From the NCBI RefSeq assembly GCF_009914755.1, contig NC_060944.1: 64,000 nucleotides of DNA; one strand, 5' to 3'. This document shows positions 12,865-25,879 of the stretch, piece after piece. Position numbers and translations under genes: made by a program. This DNA is from the human T2T-CHM13v2.0 reference genome, Homo sapiens. Under the pieces are notes generated by a model that saw only the letters and a program-made list of their open reading frames with translations, searched no databases and was not told where the DNA came from. Numbering within the stretch: position 1 is the first letter of the stretch; each line of letters starts with the position of its first letter.

Positions 12865-14615
12865 ATATTTTTATTTTTATTTTTAAAATAACTTTACCTT
12901 TTATTTTAGATTTAGGGGGTACCATGTGCAGGTTTGTTACGTGGGTATATTGTATGATGCTGAGGTTTGGAGTGCAAACAATCTTGTCACACAGATAGTA
13001 AGCATAGTACCCAATAGTTAGTTTTTTAACCCTTTCTCCCCTTCGTCTTTCTTCCCTCCAGTTGTCCCCAATATCTATCATTGCCACCTTTTTTTTTCCA
13101 GGAGGACCCAATGTTTAATTCCTGCTTGTAAGTGAGAACATGCAGTATTTGCTTTTCTATTCCTGCATGAATTCAGTTAGGATAATGACCTCCAGCTGCA
13201 ACCATGTTGCTGCAAAGTACATGATTTCATTTTTCTTTAGACTGTCTAGTATTCCATGGTGTATATGTACCACATTTTCATTAACCAATCCAGCATTTGG
13301 TGGGCATCTAGTTTGATTTCAAGTCTTTGCTATTGTGAATGAATATATGAGTGCATGTGTCTTTTTGGCTGAACAATTTATTTTCTTGTGGATATATGCC
13401 CAATAATGGAACTTCTGGGTTGAATGATAGGTCACGTTCTCTAAAGAATCTCCAAACTGCTTTCCACAGTGGCTGAATTAATTTACATTCTCACCAACTG
13501 TGTATAAGTGTTCTCCTTTCTCTGAAACCTCACCAGCATTTGTTATTTTTTTTTGACTCTTTAATAATAGCCATCTAACTGGTGTGAGATGGTATCTCAT
13601 CGTGGTTTTCATTTGCATTTCTCTGATGTTTAGCGATGTGGAACATTTTTAAATATGTTTCTTGTCTACTTATATATATTCTTTTGAAAGTTATCTGTTC
13701 CTGCCTTTTCCTCATTTTTTAATGGGGTAATTTGTTTTTTGCTTGTTGAATTGTTTTAGTTCCTTATAGATTCTGGATATTAGACCTTTGTCAGATGCAT
13801 AGTTTTAAAATATTTTCTCCCATTCTGAAAGTTGCCTGTTTTCTCTGTTGATAGTTTCTTCTGCTGTGCAGAAACTCTTTAGCTTAATTAGGACCCACCT
13901 GTCAATTTTTGTTTTTGTTGCAATTGAGTTTGAGGACTTAGTCATAAATTCTTTCCCAAGGCTGATGTCCAGAATTATGTTTCCTAGGTTTTCTTCTAGG
14001 ATTCTTTTATTTGAGGATTTACATTTGAATCTTTAATCCCTCGAGTTAATTTTTGAATATGGCGAAAAGTAAGAGTACAATTTTATTCTTCTGCATATGG
14101 CTAATCAGCTATTCCAGTATCACTTATTAAATAGGCAGTACTTTCCCCATTTTTTTTGTCCACTTTGTCAAAGATCAGATGACTGTCAGTGTGCAGCTTT
14201 ATTTCTGGGTTCTCTGTTCTGATCCATTGGTCTGTGTGTCTGTTTTTGTACCAGTACTATGCTATTTTGGTTTCTGTAGCCTTATAGTAGAGTTTTAAGT
14301 TGGTTAAATGTGATCCCTTCAGCTTTGCTCTTTTTGCTTACGATTGCTTTGGCTATCCGTGCTCTTTTTTGACTCATATTTTAGAATAGTTTTTTCCTAG
14401 TTCTGTCAAAAATGACTTTGATAGTTTGATACAAATAGCATTGAAATTGCAGATTGCTTTCAGCCTTATGGCCATGTTAATAATTTTTATTCTTCTAATC
14501 CCTGAGCATGGAACGTTTTTCCATTTGTTTGTATCATCTATTGATTTCATTAAGTGGTGTTTTGTAGTTCTCCTTGTAGAGATCTTTTACCTCCTTGGTT
14601 AGATGTATTCCTAGG

Positions 14616-14665
<50 letters not shown>

Positions 14666-14958
14666 TATTGTAAATGGGTTTGTGTTCTTGATTTGGCTTT
14701 CAGTTTGAACATTATTCAAGCATTAAAATGCTACTGACTTTTTTACATTGATTTTGTATCCTGAAACTGTATTGAAGTCTTTATCAGTTTCCAGAGCCTT
14801 TTGGTGGAGTCCTTTTTTTTTTTTTTTTTTTTTTTTGTGGAGTCCTTAAGTATAGGATCATATCATCTGTGAAGAAAGATAATTTGACTTCTCCTTCTCC
14901 TGTTTGGACACTTTTTATTTTTTTCTTTTGCCTGATTCATCTTGCTAGGTCTTCTAGT
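12865..14958 (-). mobile_element. 5'-truncated L1PA15/16-like LINE (~2.1 kb)
   Basis: Diagnostic 3'UTR GGGTATATTGTATGATGCTGAGGTTTGG; ORF2 remnant peptide [18 protein letters not shown]. Confidence 0.92.
14620..14664. repeat. (TG)n microsatellite inside L1
   Basis: Uninterrupted TG run of ~22 units. Confidence 0.95.
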
Positions 14959-15061
14959 TATTTTTTAAAATGTAGTAAAGCAAATAAGGAAGTTTATTTA
15001 AAAAGCAAGTACCTTAAACCACTGTTAGAAAATATTTAGTTAAACAGACTGACAGATCACA

Positions 15062-15065
<4 letters not shown>

Positions 15066-15101
<36 letters not shown>
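15066..15101. repeat. (CA)n microsatellite
   Basis: Uninterrupted CA run. Confidence 0.95.
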
Positions 15102-15103
<2 letters not shown>

Positions 15104-15139
15104 ATAGGCTCTGAAGTATAAAAGAAAAAAATAAGCAAA

Positions 15140-16400
15140 CCCTCTAGGCCTCAGATTTCTTATCTTTAAAATAAGAAAAAGTGCAGTACCTACCTATGGG
15201 GGAAATTCAGCCAGATATCAGGCAAGATTCACCCCCGATATTTCACGTAGGTTCTTTTCTATTTCCCCTAAGTGTCGGCCATTCTGAGAAATAAAGGGCC
15301 AGAGTACAAAAGAGAGAAATTTTAAAGCTGGGTGTCTGGGGGGGACATCACATGTCGGCAGGTTCCGTGATGCCCCCTGAGCCATAAAACCAGCAAGTTT
15401 TTATTAGTGATTTTCAAAAGGGGAGGGAGTGTACGAATAGGGTGTGGGTCACAGAGATCACATGCTTCACAAGGTAATAAGATATCACAAGGCAAATGGA
15501 GGCAGGGCGAGATCACAGGACCACAGGACGGGGCAGAATTAAAATTGCCAATGAAGTTTAGGGCACACATTGTCATTGATAACATCTTATCAGGAGACAG
15601 GGTTTGAGAGCAGACAACCAGTTGGACCAAAATTTATTAGGCAGGAATTTTCTCTTCCTAATAAGCCTGGGAGTGCTACGGGAGACTGGGGCTTATTTCA
15701 TCCCTACAGCTTCAACTATAAAAGACGGCCACCCCCTGAAGTGGCCATTTCAGAGGCCTACCCTCAGGGACGCATTCTCTTTCTCAGGGATGTTCCTTGC
15801 TGAGAAAAAGAATTCAGCGATATTTCTCCCACTTGCTTTTGAAAGAAGAGAAATATGGCTCTGTTCCGACCGGCTCACCGGCAGTCAGAGTTCAAGGTTA
15901 TCTCTCTTGTTCCTTGAACATTGCTGTTATCCTGTTCTTTTTCCAAGGTGCCCAGATCTCATATTGTTCAAACACACATGCTCTTCAAACAATTTGTGCA
16001 GTTAATGCAATCATCACAAGGTCCTGAGGTGACATACATCCTCCTCAGCTTACAAAGATGATGGGATTAAGAGATTAAAGTAAAGACAGGCATAGGAAAT
16101 CACAAGGGTATTGATTGGGGAAGTGATAAGTGTCCATGAAATCTTCACAATTTATGTTCAGAGATTGCAGTAAAGACAGGCATAACAAATTATAAAAGTA
16201 TTAATTTGGGGAACTAATAAATGTCCATGAAATCTTCACAATCCACGTTCTTCTGCCATGGCTTCAGCCGGTCCCTCCATTCGGGGTTCCTGACTTCCCA
16301 CAACACCTACCTTACAGAATTGCAATGGAATTAAATGAGATAAAGAATCAGAAGTACTTAGCACTGTTATCTGTTATAAGGTCAATATCTAAAAACGTTA
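15140..16400 (+). mobile_element. MIR split by the MER11 insertion (15140-15194 and 16306-16400)
   Basis: GCCTCAGATTTCTTATCTTTAAAAT...CAGTACCTACC | CCTACCTTACAGAATTGCAATGGAATTAAATGAGATAA is contiguous MIR core. Confidence 0.75.
15195..16305 (-). mobile_element. MER11A-like solo LTR (HERV-K HML-8)
   Basis: Minus strand starts TGTTGTGGGAAGTCAGGAACCCCGAATGGAGGGACCGGCTGAAGCCATGGCAGAAGAACG; 1111 bp; perfect 6-bp TSD CCTACC at 15189-15194 and 16306-16311. Confidence 0.95.
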
Positions 16401-16849
16401 GCTTTTTTTTCTTACCTTATAGGTTATGCAATTTTACATAAGGAATATCTCACTGTGGAACTTTGGAAAAAACCTGCTTTATCATGTGGAAATCTTGTCC
16501 TGACTTTCTTGTCATTCAGTATAAATCTATATCATTATGTTTAATAACCAAAGTTAGGTGGCATATGTCTTCAATTCCCAATGGTTACTACTTAGGTAAT
16601 TATCAATTATTCAATATTATAAAGAAAGATAGTGCAAATTCTGATACAAAAATCTTTTTACAATTGCAAAATGTTTCTCTTAGAGTAAATTCTTCAAAGA
16701 TTTCCAATTAAAGACAACATTGCACTTTTAAAGTATACAGTGATTAACAGCTTTGTCCCCAGAAATTATATTGATTGACATTTTCTCCATCAGTGGAGAC
16801 CATTTTATGACATCATCACCAATGTTCACTTTTTCTTGCTCTGTTATTC

Positions 16850-17620
16850 TAGTCAAGTTGACATTTCAATGGTGCTTATAACTTGTACTTTTAGTTATCT
16901 ATTAGATTTACATATTTTAATGCTTACTAGCCTTTTTATTTATCTTCTTTCATGAATTCATGTTTTACATATTTCACTTAATTTTTTCCTGAGTGTCCCT
17001 GTTTTTATTCATGATATATAAAGACAGTCTTTATATGATAAATGTTAACTCATTGCCTGGTGCTTAAATATCCACTATGATTCTCAGTTTGTTATCTGTC
17101 TTTTCACTTGTTTATGATGTCTATGATTGTTTATTGTTACATGAGATTTCTAGTTTTTAAACCTCAAATTTATCAATATGTTTCATTATGACCTTCAGTT
17201 TAAACAACATTGTTAGAAGGTTATTCTTTTCCACAAAATGATGACAAATATTCAGTCATCTTTTCCTTTCATATTTTCATTACATTTTAAAAACTTTTTA
17301 TATTTAATTTGTTTTAGTAAAATTAATAAAGGTCTAGTTTTGTTTTTTATTCAACCTACTAACCAGTTGTCCCAATATTGTGTAATAATCTATTTTCTCC
17401 CACTGTTTTAAAATGCCACAGTAATTATATATAAAATCTATTTATCTGCCTATGTGTGCATCTCTACTTCCTAATCTATTGATTTCCTTTCTGTTATTAT
17501 AGTAACAGTATACTTTTTAAGTTACCATAGTTTTACATTAATTTTTAACAACTGGCAGACAATTTATCTCCCATAGTTTTGAATATAAAATTGTTACCAC
17601 ATGTCCTACAATCTTCAAGT
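16850..17620 (-). mobile_element. Old L1ME fragment
   Basis: Degenerate antisense ORF2 3' patterns (AAATTTATCAAT, TAACCAGTTGTCCCAATATT, CCCACTG...AAATGCCAC). Confidence 0.55.
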
Positions 17621-17809
17621 GTTTTTCCAGAGTACTGAGAACTGAAGGAAAATTGGAGTTACTAGAGTACCCTATCAATCAATAGTCTATGATCAACTAT
17701 CTTTAACATATAGTGTGATTACACATAGCAAATGTAAACATGTATACATCCACACACACAGAATAAGTTTGTGCTAGCTCAGCATATTTCATAATTTAAT
17801 GCTTCTGTA

Positions 17810-18030
17810 ACAGTAATGACTACCATTTTTGAATGCTTTATATATACCTACCACTGTCTTAAGTGCATTGTGCATGCTTTATTATTTAATTCTTAGAACA
17901 ATGTTGTCAGTATTATTACCCACCCATTTGACAGATGAGGATACTAGGATTTCAAGCAGTTTTTATTTTTAATATGTCACATACAGAACCTACCAAACTC
18001 CAATGTCCATGCTCTTTTCACAATACTTTA
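17810..18030 (-). mobile_element. MIR
   Basis: CCATTTTTGAATGCTT...CCCATTTGACAGATGAGGATACT. Confidence 0.75.
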
Positions 18031-19842
18031 CTACTTCTCTGTTCTCCACAGAAACAGTAGAGGCTGAGACAATTATTTTGAAAAGATAGTTGAGTGAGAA
18101 ATAATGCCAGAAATAAATAATATATTCGAGGAGAGGAAGACTGAACTCACATAGTCCTGATTAGGCCTCTGGATTCAGAGAAACATCAAATTTCTCAATA
18201 TTTCATTACAGTCTGCTTATTTAGCTATAGACTTAAAGCAAGGGGAAACATCAACAGCTTTCAGCATGAAATATGAAGCCAAATAAACTCTCTGTCTCTT
18301 ATCTCCTTAGAATTAACTTCTCCAAAAGGGGAAAAAATAATCAATGGCTTAGAAACATCACATTTATGTGTTCCAAGCAACAACAAGGAAGGAGCATCAG
18401 TACAATCCTAATAAGTAAGCGGGGAAAAATAATCAATGGTTTAGAAACATCACATTATGCTTTCCAAGCAAGACAGTCTTAATAATTAGCCACTGCTCCC
18501 CACCCACTGCATCATTCTGACTCCATAATTAGAAAGCTATGCTTGAATCTGCTTTATGTTAAGTCCTTGCACTTTAAGTCTGTATATGCACTAATGGTTA
18601 TCAAATGGGCAGTTGTTTATTTTGCAAGGTAAGGCCAAGCCCACAGACTGGGTTGTTTTAAGTACTTTAAATAAACATTCTCTATAAACCCTAAAATGGT
18701 GCATTTACTATGACTTCTATAAAGAGCTCATTTACATTTATGTGGGGAAAAAATAAATAGAACAAAGAATCATTTAAACCTGGTCTTCACTCAAGTTCAA
18801 TCTCTAAGTTCAAGTTGTTGATACTCCCTTTTAGACCAGGTACTTTGTGGTTGGAGTGCAAATTGAGGTGGGCCTACTAAGCCTGCAGTCAGATTACACA
18901 GGATTTCCAAGATGGTCTGGGAATCCCCTTTGGATGGTAAGCAACCCCAAGGTGGGGCCCGTTTATATTCCCCATTGTGCATGCTACACAGCCTGATGCA
19001 AGCATTGCTGGTGCCTAAGAAAGGCGATCATCTGTAGAATGTAATTTCATCCTTAAATGTCCTTGATGTAGAGAATAAGCACACATTGCCTGTACTTCTT
19101 TAAGTGGGCTTCAGTGCTTCACACCCACTTTTTTCAGTGAATGACATTAATATTGTTAAGAAGTACATGAAATCAGCCAGATTTAAGGGCACTGAAATGC
19201 CTCCAGAGAGAGAACACGTTTGTGTGAAAAACAGTTTTTTTTCTTTTAAATTGGAGGCTCCTTTGCCTGTATATATAAGGTAAGAAAGAAGCATAGAGTA
19301 AACTTTCTAAGCACTGCCTATAATGGTAACAGTGCTTACTTTCATTCTTCCTCCATTGAATAGCATTCACACTTTTTAAATAAGTTGTGAGAGTTACTCT
19401 TTCTTCAAAACCACTTTGTATAACACTTTATTACCTATTTAGAAGAGTCATTCTTCCAAAAAAGCTCAGGAAAAGTTAATAAAATACCATGATAAGATAT
19501 TTTTAAAAATACCTTATATCGTAATAAATAAGAGCCTAACAAAGGTAATGTAGTTGGGTAGGAGTTGTATGAGTGTACAAATATTTGGGAATAGAAAGAC
19601 GTATCACCTTCTTAAGACTCTTTTGGGTTGAGGTTAAACAACATAAACAGCTATTTAAAAAGTGAAAAATTAAGTGAAGAGGTTATTTTGCCTGCACAAT
19701 ATCATATAATTAGCTATGCTTATTTAACTCCTTTGAATAATTTATTCCAATGATAAATAGGTACTGACAAAGAGTAGAATGGCAAATGGAAAGAACACTT
19801 AGCAAATAATTGTTCAAATATTTGCCTTTGGCAAGAGAAAAA

Positions 19843-20450
19843 CCTTTTAATTTTGAAATAGTTTTATATTTACAGAAAAGTTATAAAATAGTGCAGAGAG
19901 TTTACATATACCTTGATCCCCCAGCTTCTTCTAATTTTAACATTTTGCATGAATCACAGTACAACTAAGAAATTAATTAAGAAATGAACATTGGTGAAAT
20001 ACTAATAAATAAGTAACAGGTTTTGTTAAAATTTTGCTAATTATTTCACTAATGTTGTTTTCCTGGCCTGGGATCCAATCCAGGATCCCACATTGCATTT
20101 CATCTCTGTCTTCTTAGTCTTTTCCATCTGTGACAATTGCTTGGTTTTTCCTTGTCTTTCATGGCCTTGGGACTTTTCAAGAGCACTTATCAGATATTTT
20201 GTAGAATTATCCTCAATTAATTTTTGTCTGATGTGTTCTTATGATTAGGTGAGCTCATGCATGAGGCTGAGATGTCTCATTACTGATGATGTTAGTCCTA
20301 ATTACTTGATCATTTCACTCTAACGTTATTATTTTTCCCTTTGTAATGAGTAAATATCTTCAGGGGGTGGGTACTTTGGGATTGTGTCAATATCCTGTTT
20401 CTCAAAACTTTGCCCACTGATTTGTCTCTCATGGTGGATCTTGCGTACCA
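19843..20450 (-). mobile_element. L1MC4/5-like 3' end
   Basis: TTTTGAAATAGTTTTATATTTACAGAAAAGTT...GGATCCAATCCAGGATCCCACATTGCATTT. Confidence 0.8.
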
Positions 20451-20984
20451 CCAGTGTGACCATTCTGTCTACCATCTCTTTTTCTAGTTGGGTTGCATGG
20501 GTGGACTAGCCTTCATACCTTGGTAAATCAGATCTGATAACTGAAACACAATTCTTCTTCCATGATAGGTAAAGTCGAATATAATATGATAAATCATATT
20601 CGTACTATGATAGGCAAAGTAGAATATTAGAAATTACTCAAAACTGAGTATTATATTCCTACAATAGGCACTGCAAGGACAAAAAGGCTGCAGTCTAACA
20701 AGTAACAGTTCACCTACCACATAGGCAACAGATTAAACAGCTGACAAATATCTTTCAAATTAGAGTATTTGGTCCTAAATCTCCACTCTGGAAACTGGGA
20801 GGAGCTAGAGTTTTTAACCTTGTGAAATGTGAGCTTTTGATTTTTCTTTTTAGCTAATATTGTATCCTGAGGTACCTAGATTCTAACAATAAATATATTA
20901 AAAGCAGATCTATTCAGAGCACTGCAGGTAATACAGAAAAAAATGAAACCAGGACATTGAATGTACTGAATTACATGAAGAGAT

Positions 20985-21272
20985 TTGCATTATCCCACAC
21001 ATAACCACTAGCCATTTACAGGCATTGAAATGTGGCTAATCAAATTGGGATATGCTGTAAATATGCAATACAAACTAGATTTCAAAAAGTTAACATGCAA
21101 AAAGAAATGCAAATGTGTTATTAATAATTTTATATTGATTACATGCTGAAATATTTTGTGTATATTTTATTAAATAAAATTCATTATTAAAATTAATATT
21201 TTTATCTATGTGTCTGCTTGAAAACTTAAAATTACATACATAGCTCATATTTTATTTCTATTAGACAATGCT
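20985..21272 (+). mobile_element. MER33-like hAT-Charlie element
   Basis: CCACTAGCCA...TGAAATGTGGCTA...TTTTATATTGATTACATGCTGAAAT...TTTCTATTAGACAATGCT. Confidence 0.75.
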
Positions 21273-21344
21273 TAATTTGAACTTTACATGACACTCCCTA
21301 AATGAAAGTAATTTTTGAAAACCTAGTACTTCTCTGAAATACTG

Positions 21345-21570
21345 GGTTATAGAGTTCAAAGAACATGGGCACCGTAGCAAGAAGGCTCAAGATCAAAACC
21401 AGGCTTTTTCACCTAGTAGCTGTGGGGTCTATTTCAAGTTTCTATTTCTCATCAACAAAATGAGGATAAAAATATGTACATCATATAGGTTTTGTGAGGA
21501 TTAAAGAAGGACAATTTATATAGAACTGCATTTGGCACATGCCATGCAATCAGTAGATAGCTAGAATTTG
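21345..21570 (+). mobile_element. MIR
   Basis: TAGCTGTG...TTTCTCATCAACAAAATGAGGATAA...TTGTGAGGATTAAA. Confidence 0.7.
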
Positions 21571-21714
21571 TGCTACATAATAATTAAAAATAAATTCTAG
21601 GACTCTAATTGATATCCAAGGCACATATAATGCATACTCTTTGTTTCTTTGTTGTTTATTTATTGTTTATTTCTTTTTCAAGAGTTTTTATCTTGGTGAA
21701 ATATGAGCTTTTGA

Positions 21715-22058
<344 letters not shown>

Positions 22059-22184
22059 ATTGTTTATTCCTCTAAAAAAATTACAGGTAATAGCCCAAAA
22101 AGAATTTAATCAAAAAGTAACATTAATTCGTATTAGAAGTTAATTGTCCAATTTTAAATATCCCTACCTTTCTTTTTCTACCAC

Positions 22185-23310
22185 ATTCAGCTTATTTAAC
22201 AAATTTTTTTGAGCAATTACTAAATGCCAAGTAGATGAGGCTCGTAATAATACAAAACTTAAAAATTCTCTGGTTTCTTGGAGCTTATACTTCAATTAGC
22301 TTATACTTCAATTAAACTAATAAATAATGCAATAAATGTCAGGAAATTATATGTGTGAGAAAGGACAAGATTTTCTATTATCTGTTAATATTTCTATCTA
22401 TCCGTACACTAAATAAAAAACTAAGGAGAAATTAAAGAAACTAACAAAATTTGTTACTTACAGGGAGAGGGATCTAGCAAGATGGATCCCTGTTATTTCA
22501 TCCACGGAAGAAGTAACAAAGTGACATGGTGAGGCAGAAAGCAGTTTGCTTTGAATGATGAATTGTAAGGTGGTCAGTGTTCCTGGAACAGAAATGCCAA
22601 GAGTGACAAGCAACAGAGATGAGGTTGGAGAGGCAACCGCAGACCATGTGAGAGGACACATAAAACAGGATAAAGACTTCTTGCCTATTTATAATGTGAT
22701 TGATCACTCATCCAGTGCTTAGTACTAGTAGAATTCAGAGGATTGTAGACCCATGATTCCAGTCCATTTAGACATGATTTTCGTAGTGACATGAAGAAGA
22801 GTGAACCCCAGAGAACTCCAGTGTTTAGAGAGGTGAAGAAAGCCAGCATTGGGAAATGAGAAGGAGGGGTCATTGGGTTAGGAAGAAAACCAGGAGAAAC
22901 ATGGTGACTACAGTTAACAGTACTGTATTGTAAACTGTCAATTAGCTAAGAGAGTCTATCTTAAATGTTCTTACCACAAAGCAAACAAATTATAACTAAG
23001 TGAGGTGATGAATGTGTTAACTACCTTGATTGTGGTAATAATTTCACAAGATACGCATATATCCAATCATCATATTGTACACCTTATATTAAATTTACAA
23101 AACTTTATTTATCAGTTAAACCCCAATAAAGCTGGGGAGGGGGAAGAAAACCAAAAGGTTTTGGTGTCCTGATAGTGTTTAAAGAAGGGTAAAATGAACA
23201 CCTGGGGTAACTCTACTGGGAATTCAAGTAAGTTGAGACTGAAATTGATCATTGGATTTAGCAACACCTATCTGGCTTGTTGGGTGACTTTGACAAATGA
23301 AATTTCAGAG
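22185..23310 (-). mobile_element. L2 fragments, interrupted by an L1M at 22893-23141
   Basis: L2 3' end (ATTTAACAAAT...TTGAGCAATTACTAAATGCCA) and body motifs (GAGATGAGGTTGGAGAGG, ACCCCAGAGAACTCCAGTGTTTAGAG, CATTGGATTTAGCAAC). Confidence 0.7.
22893..23141 (+). mobile_element. L1MA9/L1MB-like 3' end nested in L2
   Basis: ACATGGTGACTACAGTTAAC...GCTAAGAGAGT...GTGAGGTGATGAATGTGTTAA...CCCCAATAAAGCTGG; TSD GGAAGAAAACCA at 22881-22892 and 23142-23153. Confidence 0.85.
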
Positions 23311-24159
23311 CTGTGAGGGCACCTGTGATATTCCTGACACTGTGCTAAGATATGTGGCAAAGGTCTTCAAGGAGATGACAATCTATAGGGAAAGATGTAA
23401 TCTGGCATAATGAAGGATATGGCATCGTATAAAACTACTTGTAAGTAGTGAAACGGTCTGGTATTAGCAAACAATTTTGGATTAGACTCTTTGAAGAAGA
23501 TTTTGAGAGTAGAAAATATATCAAGAGTTAATGTGATTTCAGTAATATTCTTTTATTAAAATTAAAATCAAAACTTTAGTTTTCCTTAAGCCTTCAATTT
23601 ACAAATATGTTTTATTCATAAGAAATCAATTACTCTCACTAGTCTAATGAGTTAATAAGTTTATTCGATTAAATACGCTGCAAACATTTAGTAATAGTGA
23701 CCTAAATAAGATTTCTATGAGCATTTCATACTACAGTCACAAATATAATATATCTGATTTTCTCAAATATTAAAATTACCCAATAAGTCAGGCTTACAAT
23801 CAAAGAAGGAAAAAATCTGCCCAAGCACTTAAGCAAGTCTTGTACATGTATTTAATCTAATTTAGGAATGTAATTGGTAAGATCTTCATCTGCTTTTTAA
23901 ACCTCTTAAAACATACACAAAGTAGCAAAATGGTATAAACTTTATTAACTTTGTATAAACAAAGGTTATACTAAAGCATAAATACCATGCCACGTATAGC
24001 TGGCCTGTATCAATACAGAATTAGCTGTTAAAATCATTGGAAACTTTTATATCTTTTTTTCTAGCATATCTCATATTATCTTTTTCTTTTGAGTATCATT
24101 ATGAACTGTGACTTTTCACAAAATGTGATTTTCTTTCAAAATCAGAAATCTTCACAACT

Positions 24160-24355
24160 TGTCCAGGGAGAACCTCTTTTTTAGCTAGCTCCTTTGTTCT
24201 TTTAGACCTGTATGACAATATTTTTGCACGGTGGCAACAAGTTGTTCCTGCTTATCTTGGTTTTCTCTGTTCTACTACATTGAATCAACTATTCTCCTGT
24301 TTACATTTAGAAGTTAATTGAATTAGAGACCAAAATCTGGGTGGTAGGGATACAA
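24160..24355 (-). mobile_element. L1MC fragment
   Basis: TTAGAGACCAAAATCTGGGTGGTAGG and TTGTTCCTGCTTATCTTG motifs typical of the L1MC4/5 3'UTR. Confidence 0.5.
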
Positions 24356-24952
24356 TTTACGCTGTTTTCTATGAGTATTGGTTTGTGGGTGACAAGGATT
24401 ATAGATCATTTTTGTAAAGATGCCAGAAAAATAAGTCTGTTATAAAGGCCATGTGTTTACTTTGATGCTTCCCACTGAACTCCACGTTTATGAAGTACAG
24501 TACTGAATGAATGTATGGTGCAGTAATGAATATACAAAGTACAGTACAGTAATGAATGTGGACAACGTTGACTCTACGTTTATGAAATATGGTACAAAGT
24601 AAATGTGGAATTACATTGTACACCCTCATCAAGTATTGATATAAGATATTTTCAATCTGCTTTCTGTTTTTTATTTGATTTCTCTTCTCTGTCATATATG
24701 ACATTTTTATATATTCTTAATAGGCTATGTTATATAAGACCAAACCAAATTATGGGCATAAATTATAAGTGTGTAGCTTTTCTATACTTTAAATGAACCC
24801 CCACAAGTAGTCTTTACTTTTGTCTTCTTTCCTTTTTATCAGTTATTATCATTAAATATCTTGTTGAAACTCTTTCTGTAATCACTTATGGACATCAGCT
24901 GCAAGAGTTGAAGAACAATGGGACTACTTATCTCTAAAAAGCTTTAAATTCA

Positions 24953-25353
<401 letters not shown>

Positions 25354-25879
25354 TTATTAAAGCAATTAATACATTGCCAAAGATGGTCCAGCAGTTTGTA
25401 TCACCTCAAAAATGAGCTAAAAGGAAACAAATAAAAGTAACTTTGTATTGGCATAGGACTGCAGGAAAAGTGATTTATAGCTTATGCAAAGCCCCTCATT
25501 TCTGTACCTTTCTGTAATTTTGACTACACAAAATATGTGAATATCGATCCAGTTTTGTGGGTGCTCAGTTATCTTGCCCCAGTGAGTGGGACTAGTTCAT
25601 TGGCCTACACAGCTTGGGGAAGAGGCAGGGCAAGAAAAGGTTTAGAGAAGGTCAAGATCAATAAATAGCATCTTTGCAAAATATATTTTTTTAAATCGCT
25701 CACAACTAATATAATCGAGGGCTGCAAAATTTCAATAAAATAATGCAAACCCAAATCATGCATTAGACATATTTTAGTATATCTGTTGATAATTTGAGTG
25801 AACCTGATGAACTCTCCATCTGGACTTTTTAATGAAAAATTAATTGTGTAGAAAGTGGAATAATAAGTCTGAGTTTACT

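Noticed and set aside
16075-16245. ~90-bp internal tandem duplication in MER11
   Set aside because: Part of the MER11A consensus as recalled, not locus-specific.
22282-22313. Perfect 16-bp tandem duplication AGCTTATACTTCAATT
   Set aside because: Common micro-duplication within L2; no further structure.
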